DNA of 41,941 bases, taken from the NCBI GenBank assembly GCA_029286945.1, contig JAREIX010000028.1, positions 1-41,941 of the forward strand, read 5' to 3'. The position numbers and the translations under genes were made by a program. The stretch is from Thauera sp. (GTDB lineage Bacteria > Pseudomonadota > Gammaproteobacteria > Burkholderiales > Rhodocyclaceae). Below are positions 9,336-19,077 of the stretch, piece after piece. Below the pieces are notes generated by a model that did not search any database, was not told where the DNA came from, and worked only from the letters and a program-made list of their open reading frames with translations. Position 1 is the first letter of the stretch; the number at the start of each line of letters is the position of its first letter.

Positions 9336-10133
9336 ATGGCCACCTACGCAATCGGCGACATCCAGGGCTGCTGGGCGCCGCTCGCGCGCATGCTGGACAA
9401 GGTCGCCTTCGACCCCGCGGCCGACCGCCTGTGGATCGTCGGCGACCTGGTCAATCGCGGCCCGGAGTCCCTGCGCGTGCTGCGCTTCCTGCGCGACCTC
9501 GGCGATGCAGCGCGCATCGTGCTCGGCAACCACGACCTCTATCTGCTGATGGTGGCGGCCGGCTTCAAGCGCCGCGACGGCGACGACACGCTGTTCCAGG
9601 TGCTGGAGGCGCCGGATCGCGACGAGCTGATCGACTGGCTGGCCTGCCTGCCGCTGTTCGAGGTGCATGGCGAGCATGTGCTGGTGCATGCGGGCCTGCT
9701 GCCGGGGTGGACGGTGACGCGGGCGCAGGCCCTGGCCGATGAGGTGCGGGTGGCGCTGGGCGGCGCGCGTGCGCGCGAATTCCTCCTCAACCTCGCCGGC
9801 AACCGGCCCGAGCGCTGGTCGGACGGGCTCAAGGGCTGGGACCGCCTGCGGGTGATCGTCAATGCGCTGACCCGGCTGCGCTTCTGCAGCGCCGACGGCC
9901 GCATGGACCTGCGCGCCAAGGGGGCGCCGGACAAGGCGCCGCCGGGCATGATGCCGTGGTTCCGCGTGCCCGACCGCTTCAGCCGCACCCACACCGTGGT
10001 GTGCGGGCACTGGTCGGCGCTCGGCTTCTATCGCGAGCCGGGCCTGATCGCGCTCGATTCGGGCTGCGTGTGGGGCGGCAAGCTCACCGCGATCCGCATC
10101 GAGGATGACGCGGTGTTCCAGGTCCCGGGCTGA
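9336..10133 (+). CDS. apaH: Symmetrical bis(5'-nucleosyl)-tetraphosphatase
   Basis: AIGDIQGC, GDLVNRGP, LGNHD, GHWSA, LDSGCVWGG. Confidence 0.95.
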   Translation: MATYAIGDIQGCWAPLARMLDKVAFDPAADRLWIVGDLVNRGPESLRVLRFLRDLGDAARIVLGNHDLYLLMVAAGFKRRDGDDTLFQVLEAPDRDELIDWLACLPLFEVHGEHVLVHAGLLPGWTVTRAQALADEVRVALGGARAREFLLNLAGNRPERWSDGLKGWDRLRVIVNALTRLRFCSADGRMDLRAKGAPDKAPPGMMPWFRVPDRFSRTHTVVCGHWSALGFYREPGLIALDSGCVWGGKLTAIRIEDDAVFQVPG

Positions 10134-10137
10134 CGAG

Positions 10138-10172
10138 GCCCGCCGCGCCCGTGCGCAGGGTGCGGCGCGGGC
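10138..10172. terminator. GC hairpin between convergent apaH and the acyltransferase
   Basis: gcccg-ccgcgccc / gggtgcgg-cg-cgggc stem; no U-tract. Confidence 0.35.
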
Positions 10173-10185
10173 GGCTGCGGCGGCT

Positions 10186-10944
10186 TCACGCCGGCGGCGT
10201 GGTGGTGCTGGCGGTGGCAGGCGCAAGGCCGAGCACGCCGGCGATCTCCGCATGCGCCCGGGCAGCCAGCGTGCGCCGATCGCATCCGCCGGCAGTGGCG
10301 ATCGGCGCTGCCAACGTGACGCGCGCGATCGTGCGCGGCGCAGCGACGATGTTGGCGATGCATGCGCCCAGGCTCATCTCGCCGATGTAGGCCGGTGCGG
10401 CGCTGAAGTGGTCGTCGGGTGTGCGGTACTGCAGCGCCAGCGTCTGCACGGCGTGGCCGCAGGCGATGGCCGGTTGCAGCAGCGCGGCGTGGAAGTGCAG
10501 CAGCTGGCTGCCGTCGGTGGTCGTGCCTTCCGGGAAGATCGCCACGTTGCAGCCGGCGTCGAGCAGCGCGGCGGTCTCCCCGTTGATGATCCGGGCATGA
10601 CCGCGGCTGCCGCGGCGCAGGAAGATGGTGTCGTTGCGCGCCGCCAGCCAGCCGATCACCGGCCAGCCGCGCACCTCGGCCTTGGACACGAAGGCCGCCG
10701 GGGCGAGCGCGTTGATGACGAAGATGTCCACCCACGAGACATGGTTGGCGACCAGCATGCAGCCGGGCACGACCGCCTCGCCGCGGGCGTCGAGCTCGAT
10801 GCCGAGCACGCGCAGCATGCGCAGTGACCAGCGCCGGCGCAGGGCCTGGTGCGTGACGCGCGCGGTGAAGGGATACACCAGGGCGATGGTCAGCACGCCC
10901 TGCAGCAGGTGCAGCGCCAGGCGCAGATGGCGTCCGGCGCGCAC
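10186..10944 (-). CDS. olsA: Lysophospholipid acyltransferase (PlsC family), probable lyso-ornithine lipid O-acyltransferase
   Basis: NHVSWVD (NHxxxxD) and FPEGTT motifs; directly downstream of the olsB-like gene; start uncertain because the frame stays open past 11088. Confidence 0.75.
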   Translation of the reverse strand: MRAGRHLRLALHLLQGVLTIALVYPFTARVTHQALRRRWSLRMLRVLGIELDARGEAVVPGCMLVANHVSWVDIFVINALAPAAFVSKAEVRGWPVIGWLAARNDTIFLRRGSRGHARIINGETAALLDAGCNVAIFPEGTTTDGSQLLHFHAALLQPAIACGHAVQTLALQYRTPDDHFSAAPAYIGEMSLGACIANIVAAPRTIARVTLAAPIATAGGCDRRTLAARAHAEIAGVLGLAPATASTTTPPA

Positions 10945-11084
10945 GAGCGCGCCGTTGCGGGCGGGCGTCTGCGCTGCGCCGGCGCTCGCCGGCGGTGGCA
11001 GGCTGGCCGTTGCGGCGCAGGCGGTGGCCGGGTCCTGCGGGGACAGGGTGGCGTCGCGCGCGTTGGCGGGGTGGGCGGTGGGCT

Positions 11085-11852
11085 TCAGTCCTGGCGTCCC
11101 ATGAAGTGGCGGGCGTAGCGCTCATCGACGCGAGTGATCGGCATCAGGATGGGCAGGTCCGCGGTGTTGAAATCGGGATCCCACGCCGGCTCGCCGCAGA
11201 TCCACGCGCCGGCGCGAAGATAGCCCTTGATCAGCGGCGGCGCTTCCGCCTCGAGGTCGCCCCGCAGGCTGCCAAGCGGCAGCGGATGGCGCGGAAACAC
11301 GTGGTACTCGAGCGGCGCGAGGTGCTTTTCGCGCAGGCGATTGTACAGGCTGGCGGCCTGGTGCCCGCCGTCGGCCATGCTCACCGAGGCGCAGCCGATC
11401 AGGTAGTCGTAGCCGTTCTCCTGCAGGTAGCGCGCCAGGCCGGACCACAGCAGCGCGATCACCGCGCCGCTGCGGTAGTCGGCGTCGATGCAGGAGCGGC
11501 CGATCTCCACCAGGCGGCTGCGCAGGTGCTGCAGCCGGGTGAGGTCGAATTCGTTCTCGGAGTAATAGCCGCCGACCTTGCGCGCTGCGGCCGGGGAGAG
11601 GATGCGGTAGGTGCCGACGATGCGCCCGGCGGCCTCGTCGCGCACGATCAGGTGCTCGCAGAAGGGATCATAGATGTCGCGATCGACGCCCGGCGTGCGG
11701 CTGGCGAGGCGGGCGCCCATCTCGTCGGCGAACACGCGGTAGCGCAGCTTCTGCGCCTCGAGGATCTCGGTCTCGCAGGTGGCGAGCCCGACATGCAGCG
11801 TGCGGGCCTTGCGCGCGGCGCCGTCCTGGCGCGGCTGGATGTGCTGGAGCAT
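11085..11852 (-). CDS. olsB: GNAT-family N-acyltransferase, probable ornithine N-acyltransferase
   Basis: AQKLRYRVFADEMGA, DIYDPFCEHL, VGTYR, EIGRSC, PPLIKGYLRAGA..GEPAWDPDFNTAD. Confidence 0.85.
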   Translation of the reverse strand: MLQHIQPRQDGAARKARTLHVGLATCETEILEAQKLRYRVFADEMGARLASRTPGVDRDIYDPFCEHLIVRDEAAGRIVGTYRILSPAAARKVGGYYSENEFDLTRLQHLRSRLVEIGRSCIDADYRSGAVIALLWSGLARYLQENGYDYLIGCASVSMADGGHQAASLYNRLREKHLAPLEYHVFPRHPLPLGSLRGDLEAEAPPLIKGYLRAGAWICGEPAWDPDFNTADLPILMPITRVDERYARHFMGRQD

Positions 11853-11882
11853 GGTCGTCTTCCGTGCTGTTCGGGTCGGGCC

Positions 11883-11938
11883 ATTGTCGAAACCCGGCGT
11901 TGCGACGCAGTGACGCGCTGGTTACGATGCGATGACGC
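11883..11938 (-). promoter_or_regulatory. Tandem Pho-box promoter for olsBA
   Basis: Minus strand: GCGTCAT-4-TCGTAAC-4-GCGTCAC-4-TCGCAAC (11-bp period), then 10 nt, then GACAAT -10. Confidence 0.65.
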
Positions 11939-11989
11939 GCGGCTGGCCGGCGGACCGGCGCGCGCTGCAACCCGAGGAGGATGACCCGC

Positions 11990-12430
11990 ATGACCGAATC
12001 CCACGCCGACGACAACTGCGTCTTCTGCCGCATCGCCCGCGGCGAGCTGCCGGCATCGCGCGTCTTCGAGGACGCGCACACGCTGGCGATCATGGACATC
12101 CAGTCGGTGAACCCGGGCCACATGCTGGTGCTGGTCAAGCCGCACCGCGCCAACATCTACGCGCTCGACGACGCCCTCGCCGGCGCCGTCTTCCGCACCG
12201 CGGCGCGCATGGCGCGGACACTCAAGCGGGCGCTCGGCTGCGAGGGGGTGACGCTGTTCCAGGCCAACGAGACGGCGGGCGCGCAGACGGTGTTCCATTT
12301 CCACATCCACGTGCTGCCGCGCTGGGAAGGCGACGGCATGGCGCTGGCCTGGCCGGTGAAGAACCCGCCGCGCGAGGCGCTGGAGGAGATGGCCGCCACG
12401 CTGCGCGGCGCGCTCGCGGCGGAGGGCTGA
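11990..12430 (+). CDS. HIT-family hydrolase
   Basis: CVFCRI, GHMLV, HFHIHVLPR histidine triad; RBS gaggagg favours ATG 11990 over 11981. Confidence 0.92.
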   Translation: MTESHADDNCVFCRIARGELPASRVFEDAHTLAIMDIQSVNPGHMLVLVKPHRANIYALDDALAGAVFRTAARMARTLKRALGCEGVTLFQANETAGAQTVFHFHIHVLPRWEGDGMALAWPVKNPPREALEEMAATLRGALAAEG

Positions 12431-12462
12431 GCGGGCGCGGCGGGTGCGCTGCGGGCGCTGCG

Positions 12463-12468
12463 TATAAT
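12463..12468 (+). promoter_or_regulatory. sigma70 -10 element
   Basis: Perfect TATAAT 40 nt upstream of the kinase ATG in a GC-rich background. Confidence 0.55.
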
Positions 12469-12507
12469 TGCGGCCTCGATCACCCACCGCCAACGCGCCC
12501 CCCACCC

Positions 12508-13443
12508 ATGTCCATCCTCGTCTGCGGATCGGTCGCCTACGACTCGATCATGGTCTTTCACGACCGCTTCAAGCACCACATCCTGCCCGAGCAGATCCAC
12601 ATCCTGAACGTCTCCTTCCTGGTCCCCGACCTGCGCCGGGAGTTCGGCGGCTGCGCCGGCAACATCGCCTACAGCCTCAGGCTGCTCGGCAGCGATCCGC
12701 TGATCGTGGCGACGGTGGGCGAGGACGCCGGCCCCTACCGCGCGCGCCTGCGCGCGCTCGGCCTGCGCGAGGATTTCGTGCGCGAGGTGCCGGGGACCTT
12801 CACCGCGCAGGCCTTCATCACCACCGACCTCGACGATAACCAGATCACCGCCTTCCACCCGGGGGCGATGTTCCATTCCCACCTCAACGACGTGCGTACC
12901 GCGCTCGGGGCGGAGCTGGGCATCGTCTCGCCCGACGGCGCCGACGGCATGCTGCGCCACGCAGCGGGCTTCGCCGAGGCGGGCGTGCCCTTCGTGTTCG
13001 ATCCGGGCCAGGCGCTGCCCATCCTCGGTAGCGAAGCGTTACTCAATTGCCTGCAACAGGCGCGCTACTGCACGGTCAATGATTACGAGGCCCGCCTGAT
13101 GTGCGACAAGACCGGCCGCAGCGAGGTCGAACTCGCGCGCGAGGTCGAGGCGCTGGTGGTCACGCTCGGCGCAGAGGGGGCACGTGTGCATTGGCGCGGC
13201 GATGTGTTCCAGGTGCCGGCGGTGCCGGCGGAGGCGGTCGTCGACCCCACCGGCTGTGGCGACGCCTACCGTGCCGGTCTGCTGCACGGCATCGCCAATG
13301 GCTGGGACCTGCGCCGCAGCGCGCAGCTGGCCGCGGTGATGGGGGCGATCAAGATCGCGCATCGTGGGGGACAGAATCATCAACCGTCGCGGACGGACAT
13401 TGCGTCCCGCTACCGCGAGGCTTTCGGGGAGGAACTCTGGTGA
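12508..13443 (+). CDS. PfkB-family carbohydrate kinase (adenosine kinase-like)
   Basis: MSILVCGSVAYD, FGGCAGNIAY, NQITAFHPGAM, VNDYE, DPTGCGDAYRAG. Confidence 0.9.
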   Translation: MSILVCGSVAYDSIMVFHDRFKHHILPEQIHILNVSFLVPDLRREFGGCAGNIAYSLRLLGSDPLIVATVGEDAGPYRARLRALGLREDFVREVPGTFTAQAFITTDLDDNQITAFHPGAMFHSHLNDVRTALGAELGIVSPDGADGMLRHAAGFAEAGVPFVFDPGQALPILGSEALLNCLQQARYCTVNDYEARLMCDKTGRSEVELAREVEALVVTLGAEGARVHWRGDVFQVPAVPAEAVVDPTGCGDAYRAGLLHGIANGWDLRRSAQLAAVMGAIKIAHRGGQNHQPSRTDIASRYREAFGEELW

Positions 13444-13925
13444 ACGACAAGCACATCGACAGCCGTGGGCTGAAGCTGCGTGCGATGGCCGCCGCTGCGG
13501 TGGCGGTGCTGGTGCTAGGCGGTTGCGCCCAGGGCCTGGGTGGCGGGACATATTCGCGCACCGAGGCGCGGCGGGCGATGACGGTGCAGTTCGGCACCAT
13601 CGAATCGGTACGCGGCGTGCAGCTCGAGGGCACCAAGACGCCGGTCGGCACGGTCGCCGGTGCCGCCGTGGGCGGCATCGCCGGCAGCACGATCGGCGGT
13701 GGTCGCGGCCAGGCTGTGGCGACGGTGATCGGCGCGGTGGCCGGTGGTCTGGCCGGTTCGGCGGTCGAGGAGGGGGCGACCCGCACACCGGGGGTCGAGG
13801 TCACGGTGCGTCTCGACAACGGCCAGTTCCTCGCCGTGGTGCAGGCGGACGAGGGTGAGCGTTTCCGCCCCGGCGAGCGCGTCCGCGTGCTGCGCGACGG
13901 CGGCACCACGCGCGTGTCGCGCTGA
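13440..13925 (+). CDS. slyB: SlyB-like glycine-zipper 2TM outer membrane lipoprotein
   Basis: GTGA overlap start (an alternative ATG lies a few codons downstream); lipobox LGGC; GAAVGGIAGSTIGGGRG glycine zipper. Confidence 0.85.
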   Translation: MNDKHIDSRGLKLRAMAAAAVAVLVLGGCAQGLGGGTYSRTEARRAMTVQFGTIESVRGVQLEGTKTPVGTVAGAAVGGIAGSTIGGGRGQAVATVIGAVAGGLAGSAVEEGATRTPGVEVTVRLDNGQFLAVVQADEGERFRPGERVRVLRDGGTTRVSR

Positions 13926-13948
13926 GTGGCGTCGGAAGACAGCCAGGC

Positions 13949-13983
13949 ACGCGGACGGGACCCCAGGCGGGTCCCGTCCGCGT
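13949..13983. terminator. Probable bidirectional terminator hairpin
   Basis: Perfect 15-bp stem acgcggacgggaccc / gggtcccgtccgcgt with 5-nt loop, between convergent genes. Confidence 0.7.
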
Positions 13984-15207
13984 TTACGGATAGAAGGCGT
14001 AGATGCGGTAGCCGGTCGGCGCCAGCTCCTGCACCTGGAAGGGGAGCCGCAGCTCGATCGCCGTGCGGGCGGGAAAGGCTTCGGCGACCTCGTCGGCGCG
14101 CTGCCACTCCGCCGGCGCGAGCACGCGCCGCGAGATCGGCTTGTCGCCGGCGTCGGTGAGGGTGAGCTCGAGGTAGGGCCAGCGCTGGGGATACTCGGCG
14201 CGATTGTTCAGGGTGGCGTGGAGCAGGTAGTGGCCGGGCCTGCCGGGCTCGGCCTGCAGGTCCGAGGCTTCGATCGCGATCCGCTCGGCATCCTGCGGGT
14301 ACGGCACCACGCAGCCGATCCGGGCGCAGGCTTCGGTGAGCAGCGGCCGCAGTCCGGGCAACTCGCGGGCGATCTCCGTGCGGTAGAGATAGACGGTCTG
14401 GGCGCCCAGCAACGCCGTCAGCGCGAGGGCCAGCAGCGAGCCCAGCACGCGCACGACCGGGTGGGTCCGGCGCGGCGCAGGGCCGTAGGCGGCGTCGAGG
14501 CGGGCGAGATCGGGCTCCTCGCGTTCGCTCGCCGGCGCTGCGGATTCGTCGGCGGGCGGTTTGGTCGACGGCCAGTCGGGCTCGTCGGCGAGTGGTTCGG
14601 CCGACGGCCAGTGGGGCTCCTCGGCGGCGGGCGCAGCGGTCGTCGTCGCGTCGAGGGTGATCGTCGGCACGGGCGGCGGCACGGCCGGGGCTTCGGGCAG
14701 GGCATCGATCGGCGGCGCGGGGCGCCTGCCGCTGCGTAGCACGCCGGGGAAAATCCTTGGCGGCGGAGTGTCTGCCATCGCGTGCGCGGCGGGCGGCGCC
14801 GGCGTGCGTGCCGCGGACCATTGAGGCTCGGGCTCCGGCTCGGGTTCGGGCACAACGGGTCGCGCCGGCGCGCGTGTGGCGGGGCGTTCGGGCTCGGGCG
14901 CACGGGGCCGCTCCGGCTCGGGTGCGGCAGGGCGTTCGGGCTCGGCTTCGTCAGGGATGCCGAATTCGAGCATCGACGTCCGCGGCGGACTGGCGGGTGG
15001 CGCGGGGCGCTCCTCCAGGATGAGGAGCGCCGGCGCGGGTGGCGGCGCGGTGGCCGGGCGCGGCTCCGCCTGCGTCTCGAGCGCATGCTCGAGGGCGTTG
15101 AAGGGATGGAAGCAGTGGCCGCAGCGCACCTCTCCCCGCCGCGCATGAAGCTGTTCGGGCCGCAGCCGGAACACCGTCTGGCAGGCGGGGCAGCGGGTCA
15201 GCATCAT
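13984..15207 (-). CDS. Zinc-ribbon and DUF3426 domain membrane protein
   Basis: MMLTRCPACQT..VRCGHC zinc ribbon, Pro/Glu-rich linker, TM, C-terminal WPYLELTLTD..GYRIYAFYP; ATGA overlap with prmA. Confidence 0.88.
   Translation of the reverse strand: MMLTRCPACQTVFRLRPEQLHARRGEVRCGHCFHPFNALEHALETQAEPRPATAPPPAPALLILEERPAPPASPPRTSMLEFGIPDEAEPERPAAPEPERPRAPEPERPATRAPARPVVPEPEPEPEPQWSAARTPAPPAAHAMADTPPPRIFPGVLRSGRRPAPPIDALPEAPAVPPPVPTITLDATTTAAPAAEEPHWPSAEPLADEPDWPSTKPPADESAAPASEREEPDLARLDAAYGPAPRRTHPVVRVLGSLLALALTALLGAQTVYLYRTEIARELPGLRPLLTEACARIGCVVPYPQDAERIAIEASDLQAEPGRPGHYLLHATLNNRAEYPQRWPYLELTLTDAGDKPISRRVLAPAEWQRADEVAEAFPARTAIELRLPFQVQELAPTGYRIYAFYP
14546..14626 (-). repeat. 36-bp tandem repeat (about 2.2 copies) in the DUF3426 linker
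   Basis: AEEPHWPSAEPL / ADEPDWPSTKPP / ADE; tc(g/c)tcggcg at 14546, 14582, 14618. Confidence 0.75.
14881..14946 (-). repeat. 24-bp tandem repeat (about 3 copies, EPERP units) in the DUF3426 linker
   Basis: ggctcgg recurs at 14891, 14915, 14939; protein AEPERPAA/PEPERPRA/PEPERP. Confidence 0.75.
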
Positions 15208-16106
15208 GGCCCGGGGCGGCGGCCTTCCAGGCGGATCCAGCCGTCGAGGCATGCGCCGACTTCGAGCGCGATGAACGGGGCCCAGGCCTCGATGACCTGT
15301 GCGGCCTGGGTCTCGAGCACCCCGGACAGCGCCACCCGTCCGCCGGCGGCGACGCGCGCGGCGATCGCCGGCGCCAGCACGCAGAGCGGATTGGTGAGGA
15401 TGTTGGCGACCACCAGATCGAAGGTGTCGCCGAGCGGTACGGCCGAGTGCTGCAGACGCATCGCGGCGTGGTTGCGCGCGGCGTTGTCGCGCGCGGCCTC
15501 GACCGCCTTGTCGTCGATGTCGATGCCGAGCACCTCGCCGGCGCCGAGCTTGGCCGCGGCGATGCCGAGGATGCCGGAGCCGCAGCCGTAGTCGAGCACG
15601 CTGCAGCCCGGCGTTACCGCGTCGCACAGCCATTCGAGGCAGAGGCGCGTGGTCGGGTGCGAGCCGGTGCCGAAGGCCATGCCCGGATCGAGCTCGATGT
15701 TGATCGCGCGGGGGTCGGGGGCGTCGTGCCAGGACGGTACGATCCACAGCCGGTCGGTGATCCGGATCGGGTCGAACTGGCTCTGCGTCAGCTGCACCCA
15801 GTTCTGCTCGGCCACTTCGGTGGTCGAGAACGGCGGCGCGGCGTCGAGCCCCGCGGCGTGGCTCGCTTCGGCGAGCGCCGCCTCGAGCTCGGCGGGCCCG
15901 GTCCCGCCATCGAACAGCGCGATCACGCGGCTATGGTCCCACAGCGCGGTCGGCAGGTGGCCGGGTTCGCCGAACTGCGGCTTTTCGGCGTCGGTACCGG
16001 CATCGGCATCCTCGATCGACACCGACAGCGCGCCGGCCTCCATCAATGCGTCGGAGAGGGCCTCGGCCTTGTCGGCGTCGGCGTGCAGGGTCACCGAGAT
16101 CCACAT
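15204..16106 (-). CDS. prmA: Ribosomal protein L11 methyltransferase
   Basis: LDPGMAFGTGSHPTT, LDYGCGSGIL, VVANIL. Confidence 0.96.
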   Translation of the reverse strand: MWISVTLHADADKAEALSDALMEAGALSVSIEDADAGTDAEKPQFGEPGHLPTALWDHSRVIALFDGGTGPAELEAALAEASHAAGLDAAPPFSTTEVAEQNWVQLTQSQFDPIRITDRLWIVPSWHDAPDPRAINIELDPGMAFGTGSHPTTRLCLEWLCDAVTPGCSVLDYGCGSGILGIAAAKLGAGEVLGIDIDDKAVEAARDNAARNHAAMRLQHSAVPLGDTFDLVVANILTNPLCVLAPAIAARVAAGGRVALSGVLETQAAQVIEAWAPFIALEVGACLDGWIRLEGRRPGP

Positions 16107-16113
16107 GGCGCGC

Positions 16114-17472
16114 TCAATCGTGCACTTCGTTGCGGTCGGCCAGCTTGTGCTCCAGATAGTGGATGCTGGTGCCGCCCTCGTTGAAGCGCGGATCCAGCAT
16201 CAGGGTCTGGTGCAGCGGGATGTTGGTCTTGATGCCCTCGACCATCATCTCGGACAGCGCGATGCGCATGCGGCGAATGGCCTGCTCGCGGGTGTCGCCA
16301 TAGGCGATCAGCTTGCCGATCATCGAGTCGTAGTGCGGCGGCACCGTGTAGCCGTTGTAGACGTGCGAGTCGACGCGGATGCCGGGACCGCCCGGCGTGT
16401 GCCAGTTGCTGATGCGCCCAGGCGAGGGAGTGAACTTGAACGGGTCCTCGGCGTTGATGCGGCATTCGACCGCATGGCCGCGGAACTCGATGTCGCGCTG
16501 GCGGAACCACAGCTTCTCTCCGGCGGCGACGCGGATCTGCGCCTGGACGAGGTCGATGCCGGTGATGAACTCGGTCACCGGATGCTCGACCTGCAGCCGC
16601 GTGTTCATCTCGATGAAGTAGAACTCGTCGTTCTCGAACAGGAACTCGAAGGTGCCGGCGCCGCGATAGCCGATCTTGCGGCAGGCCTCGGCGCAGCGCT
16701 CGCCGACCTTGGCGATCAGCTTGCGGTCGATGCCGGGGGCGGGCGCTTCCTCGATCACCTTCTGGTGGCGACGCTGCATCGAGCAGTCGCGTTCGCCCAG
16801 ATAGACGGCGTTGCCGTGCTGGTCGGCGAGCACCTGGATCTCGACGTGGCGCGGGTTCTCGAGGAACTTCTCCATGTACACCACCGGGTTGCCGAAGGCC
16901 GCCTGGGCTTCGGCGCGGGTGGTGGTCACCGCGTTGAGCAGCGCGGCCTCGGTGTGCACCACGCGCATGCCGCGCCCACCGCCGCCGCCGGCGGCCTTGA
17001 TGATCACCGGGTAGCCGATCGAGCGCGCGATCTTGACGATCTCCTTCGGCTCGTCGGGCAGGGCGCCGTCGGAGCCGGGCACGCAGGGCACGCCGGCGGC
17101 CTTCATCGCGTCCTTCGCCGACACCTTGTCGCCCATCAGGCGGACGGTGTCCGGGCGCGGGCCGATGAAGACGAAGCCCGACTGCTCGACGCGCTCGCCG
17201 AAGTCCGCGTTCTCGGACAGGAAGCCGTAGCCGGGGTGGATGGCCTCGGCGTCGGTGACCTCTGCCGCCGAGATGATGGCCGGCACGTTGAGGTAGCTCT
17301 GCGCCGACGGCGGCGGACCGATGCAGACGGACTCGTCGGCCAGGCGGACATACTTGGCCTCGGTGTCGGCGGTCGAGTGCACGGCGACGGTCTTGATGCC
17401 GAGCTCCCTGCAGGCCCGCAGGATGCGCAGGGCGATTTCGCCGCGGTTTGCGATCAGGATCTTCTCGAACAT
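16114..17472 (-). CDS. accC: Acetyl-CoA carboxylase biotin carboxylase subunit
   Basis: [44 protein letters not shown]. Confidence 0.97.
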   Translation of the reverse strand: MFEKILIANRGEIALRILRACRELGIKTVAVHSTADTEAKYVRLADESVCIGPPPSAQSYLNVPAIISAAEVTDAEAIHPGYGFLSENADFGERVEQSGFVFIGPRPDTVRLMGDKVSAKDAMKAAGVPCVPGSDGALPDEPKEIVKIARSIGYPVIIKAAGGGGGRGMRVVHTEAALLNAVTTTRAEAQAAFGNPVVYMEKFLENPRHVEIQVLADQHGNAVYLGERDCSMQRRHQKVIEEAPAPGIDRKLIAKVGERCAEACRKIGYRGAGTFEFLFENDEFYFIEMNTRLQVEHPVTEFITGIDLVQAQIRVAAGEKLWFRQRDIEFRGHAVECRINAEDPFKFTPSPGRISNWHTPGGPGIRVDSHVYNGYTVPPHYDSMIGKLIAYGDTREQAIRRMRIALSEMMVEGIKTNIPLHQTLMLDPRFNEGGTSIHYLEHKLADRNEVHD

Positions 17473-17480
17473 GGGTGCGC

Positions 17481-17930
<450 letters not shown>

Positions 17931-18447
17931 TTCATTCTCCGGACATGACCGCGTGATCGTCGGGAAGCAGGCGGTCGGGGGTGATCGATGTGTTTGGGTC
18001 GCCTCGTCAGGGACGCGCGGACACGGCCGTGCGTGCTGGCGGACGCAGGTCGGTGCAGCGGCACGGTTCGCGCCGCGAGGCTTCGATGAGTCGATTCGAG
18101 AGGAGGGCAAGGCGCGGAGCCGAACGCGAGTCAGCATGCGGCACGAGCACGCCCTGCGCCGCCAAGCATCCGTTCCGCCCGCCCCGCGCGGCGCGCCAAG
18201 GCGTCGCAGGGATGAGCCGGAACGAGCTTTTTGGCTGCTTCATGTCGGCAAGTTTGCCGCACTACGCTGCATTTTGTCCACTTTTGGCTTCGTGGACTAG
18301 GCGCTGTGCCAAGCACCCGTGCCGTGGTGATGCGCGGATTCTGCGCCCGCTGCCGGATCGCGGCAAGGGGCGGCAAGGTGCCGGAATGCGCTTCTGCGTC
18401 GCGACCGCCGGCGGCCTCCGTGCCGGCTTGCGCGCGCCGGAGACCTG

Positions 18448-19065
18448 TCAGGCGTGCTCGTCCGGGGCTTCGGCGCCGGCGGGCGAGGCGAGCAGGGCCT
18501 CGACCTGCGCCAGGCGCGCACGCTCCTGGCCACGGCGGATCGTCCGCTCCGCCGTCGAGGGGTAGATCGACACCTTCACCGGTACCTCGTCCCAGTCGAA
18601 GCTCAGGATCGCCTCGGGCGTGTGCGGCGCCGGCCGCCGCGGCTCGCGGTGCTCGTAGGGGAAGTCCTGGTTGAGGAAGAAGATCTCCACGTCCTTGGCG
18701 CTGTCGGGGAAGATCTCGATCTCGAGTTCCGAGTAGCGCCCGGCCGTGCCGTCGAGTGCGCCGCCGGTGAGGTAGGGCCGGAAGGGCTCGAGCATGCGCA
18801 TGACCTCGACCGCCGCCGAGCGCATCTCGACCAGCCGCTCGGCCTGCTCCTCGTCCTGGTAGAGCGCCTGCCAGGCGCGCAGCTCGGCCTCGATCTCGCT
18901 GTTGTTGGGCAGCGCGTCGGCCTCGGTGGCGCCGAGCTGGCGCGCGGCCTTGCGCTTGGCGAAGCCGAAGTCGCTGATGCCGTCCTCGGCCATCATGCGT
19001 GCCGCGAGCGCGGCGATCTCGCGCCGGAGGCTGGCGCTGCGGGACACGTGAGCATGTGAGGGCAT
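18448..19065 (-). CDS. Conserved hypothetical protein with nucleotidyltransferase-like domain
   Basis: REIAALAARMMAEDG..AKRKAA helical N-terminus; LTGGALDGTAGRYSELEIEIF resembles a degenerate pol-beta NTase motif; divergent from mpl. Confidence 0.7.
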   Translation of the reverse strand: MPSHAHVSRSASLRREIAALAARMMAEDGISDFGFAKRKAARQLGATEADALPNNSEIEAELRAWQALYQDEEQAERLVEMRSAAVEVMRMLEPFRPYLTGGALDGTAGRYSELEIEIFPDSAKDVEIFFLNQDFPYEHREPRRPAPHTPEAILSFDWDEVPVKVSIYPSTAERTIRRGQERARLAQVEALLASPAGAEAPDEHA

Positions 19066-19077
19066 GATGAGGCTCGG

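Noticed and set aside
9336-13443. apaH, HIT and adenosine kinase as a dedicated dinucleotide-signalling system
   Set aside because: Interrupted by oppositely oriented olsBA and apparently separately promoted; proximity alone is insufficient
17931-18137. N-terminal extension of AccB in the ORF track
   Set aside because: The family start MDLRKLK has its own RBS at 17930; the extension has no recognisable features
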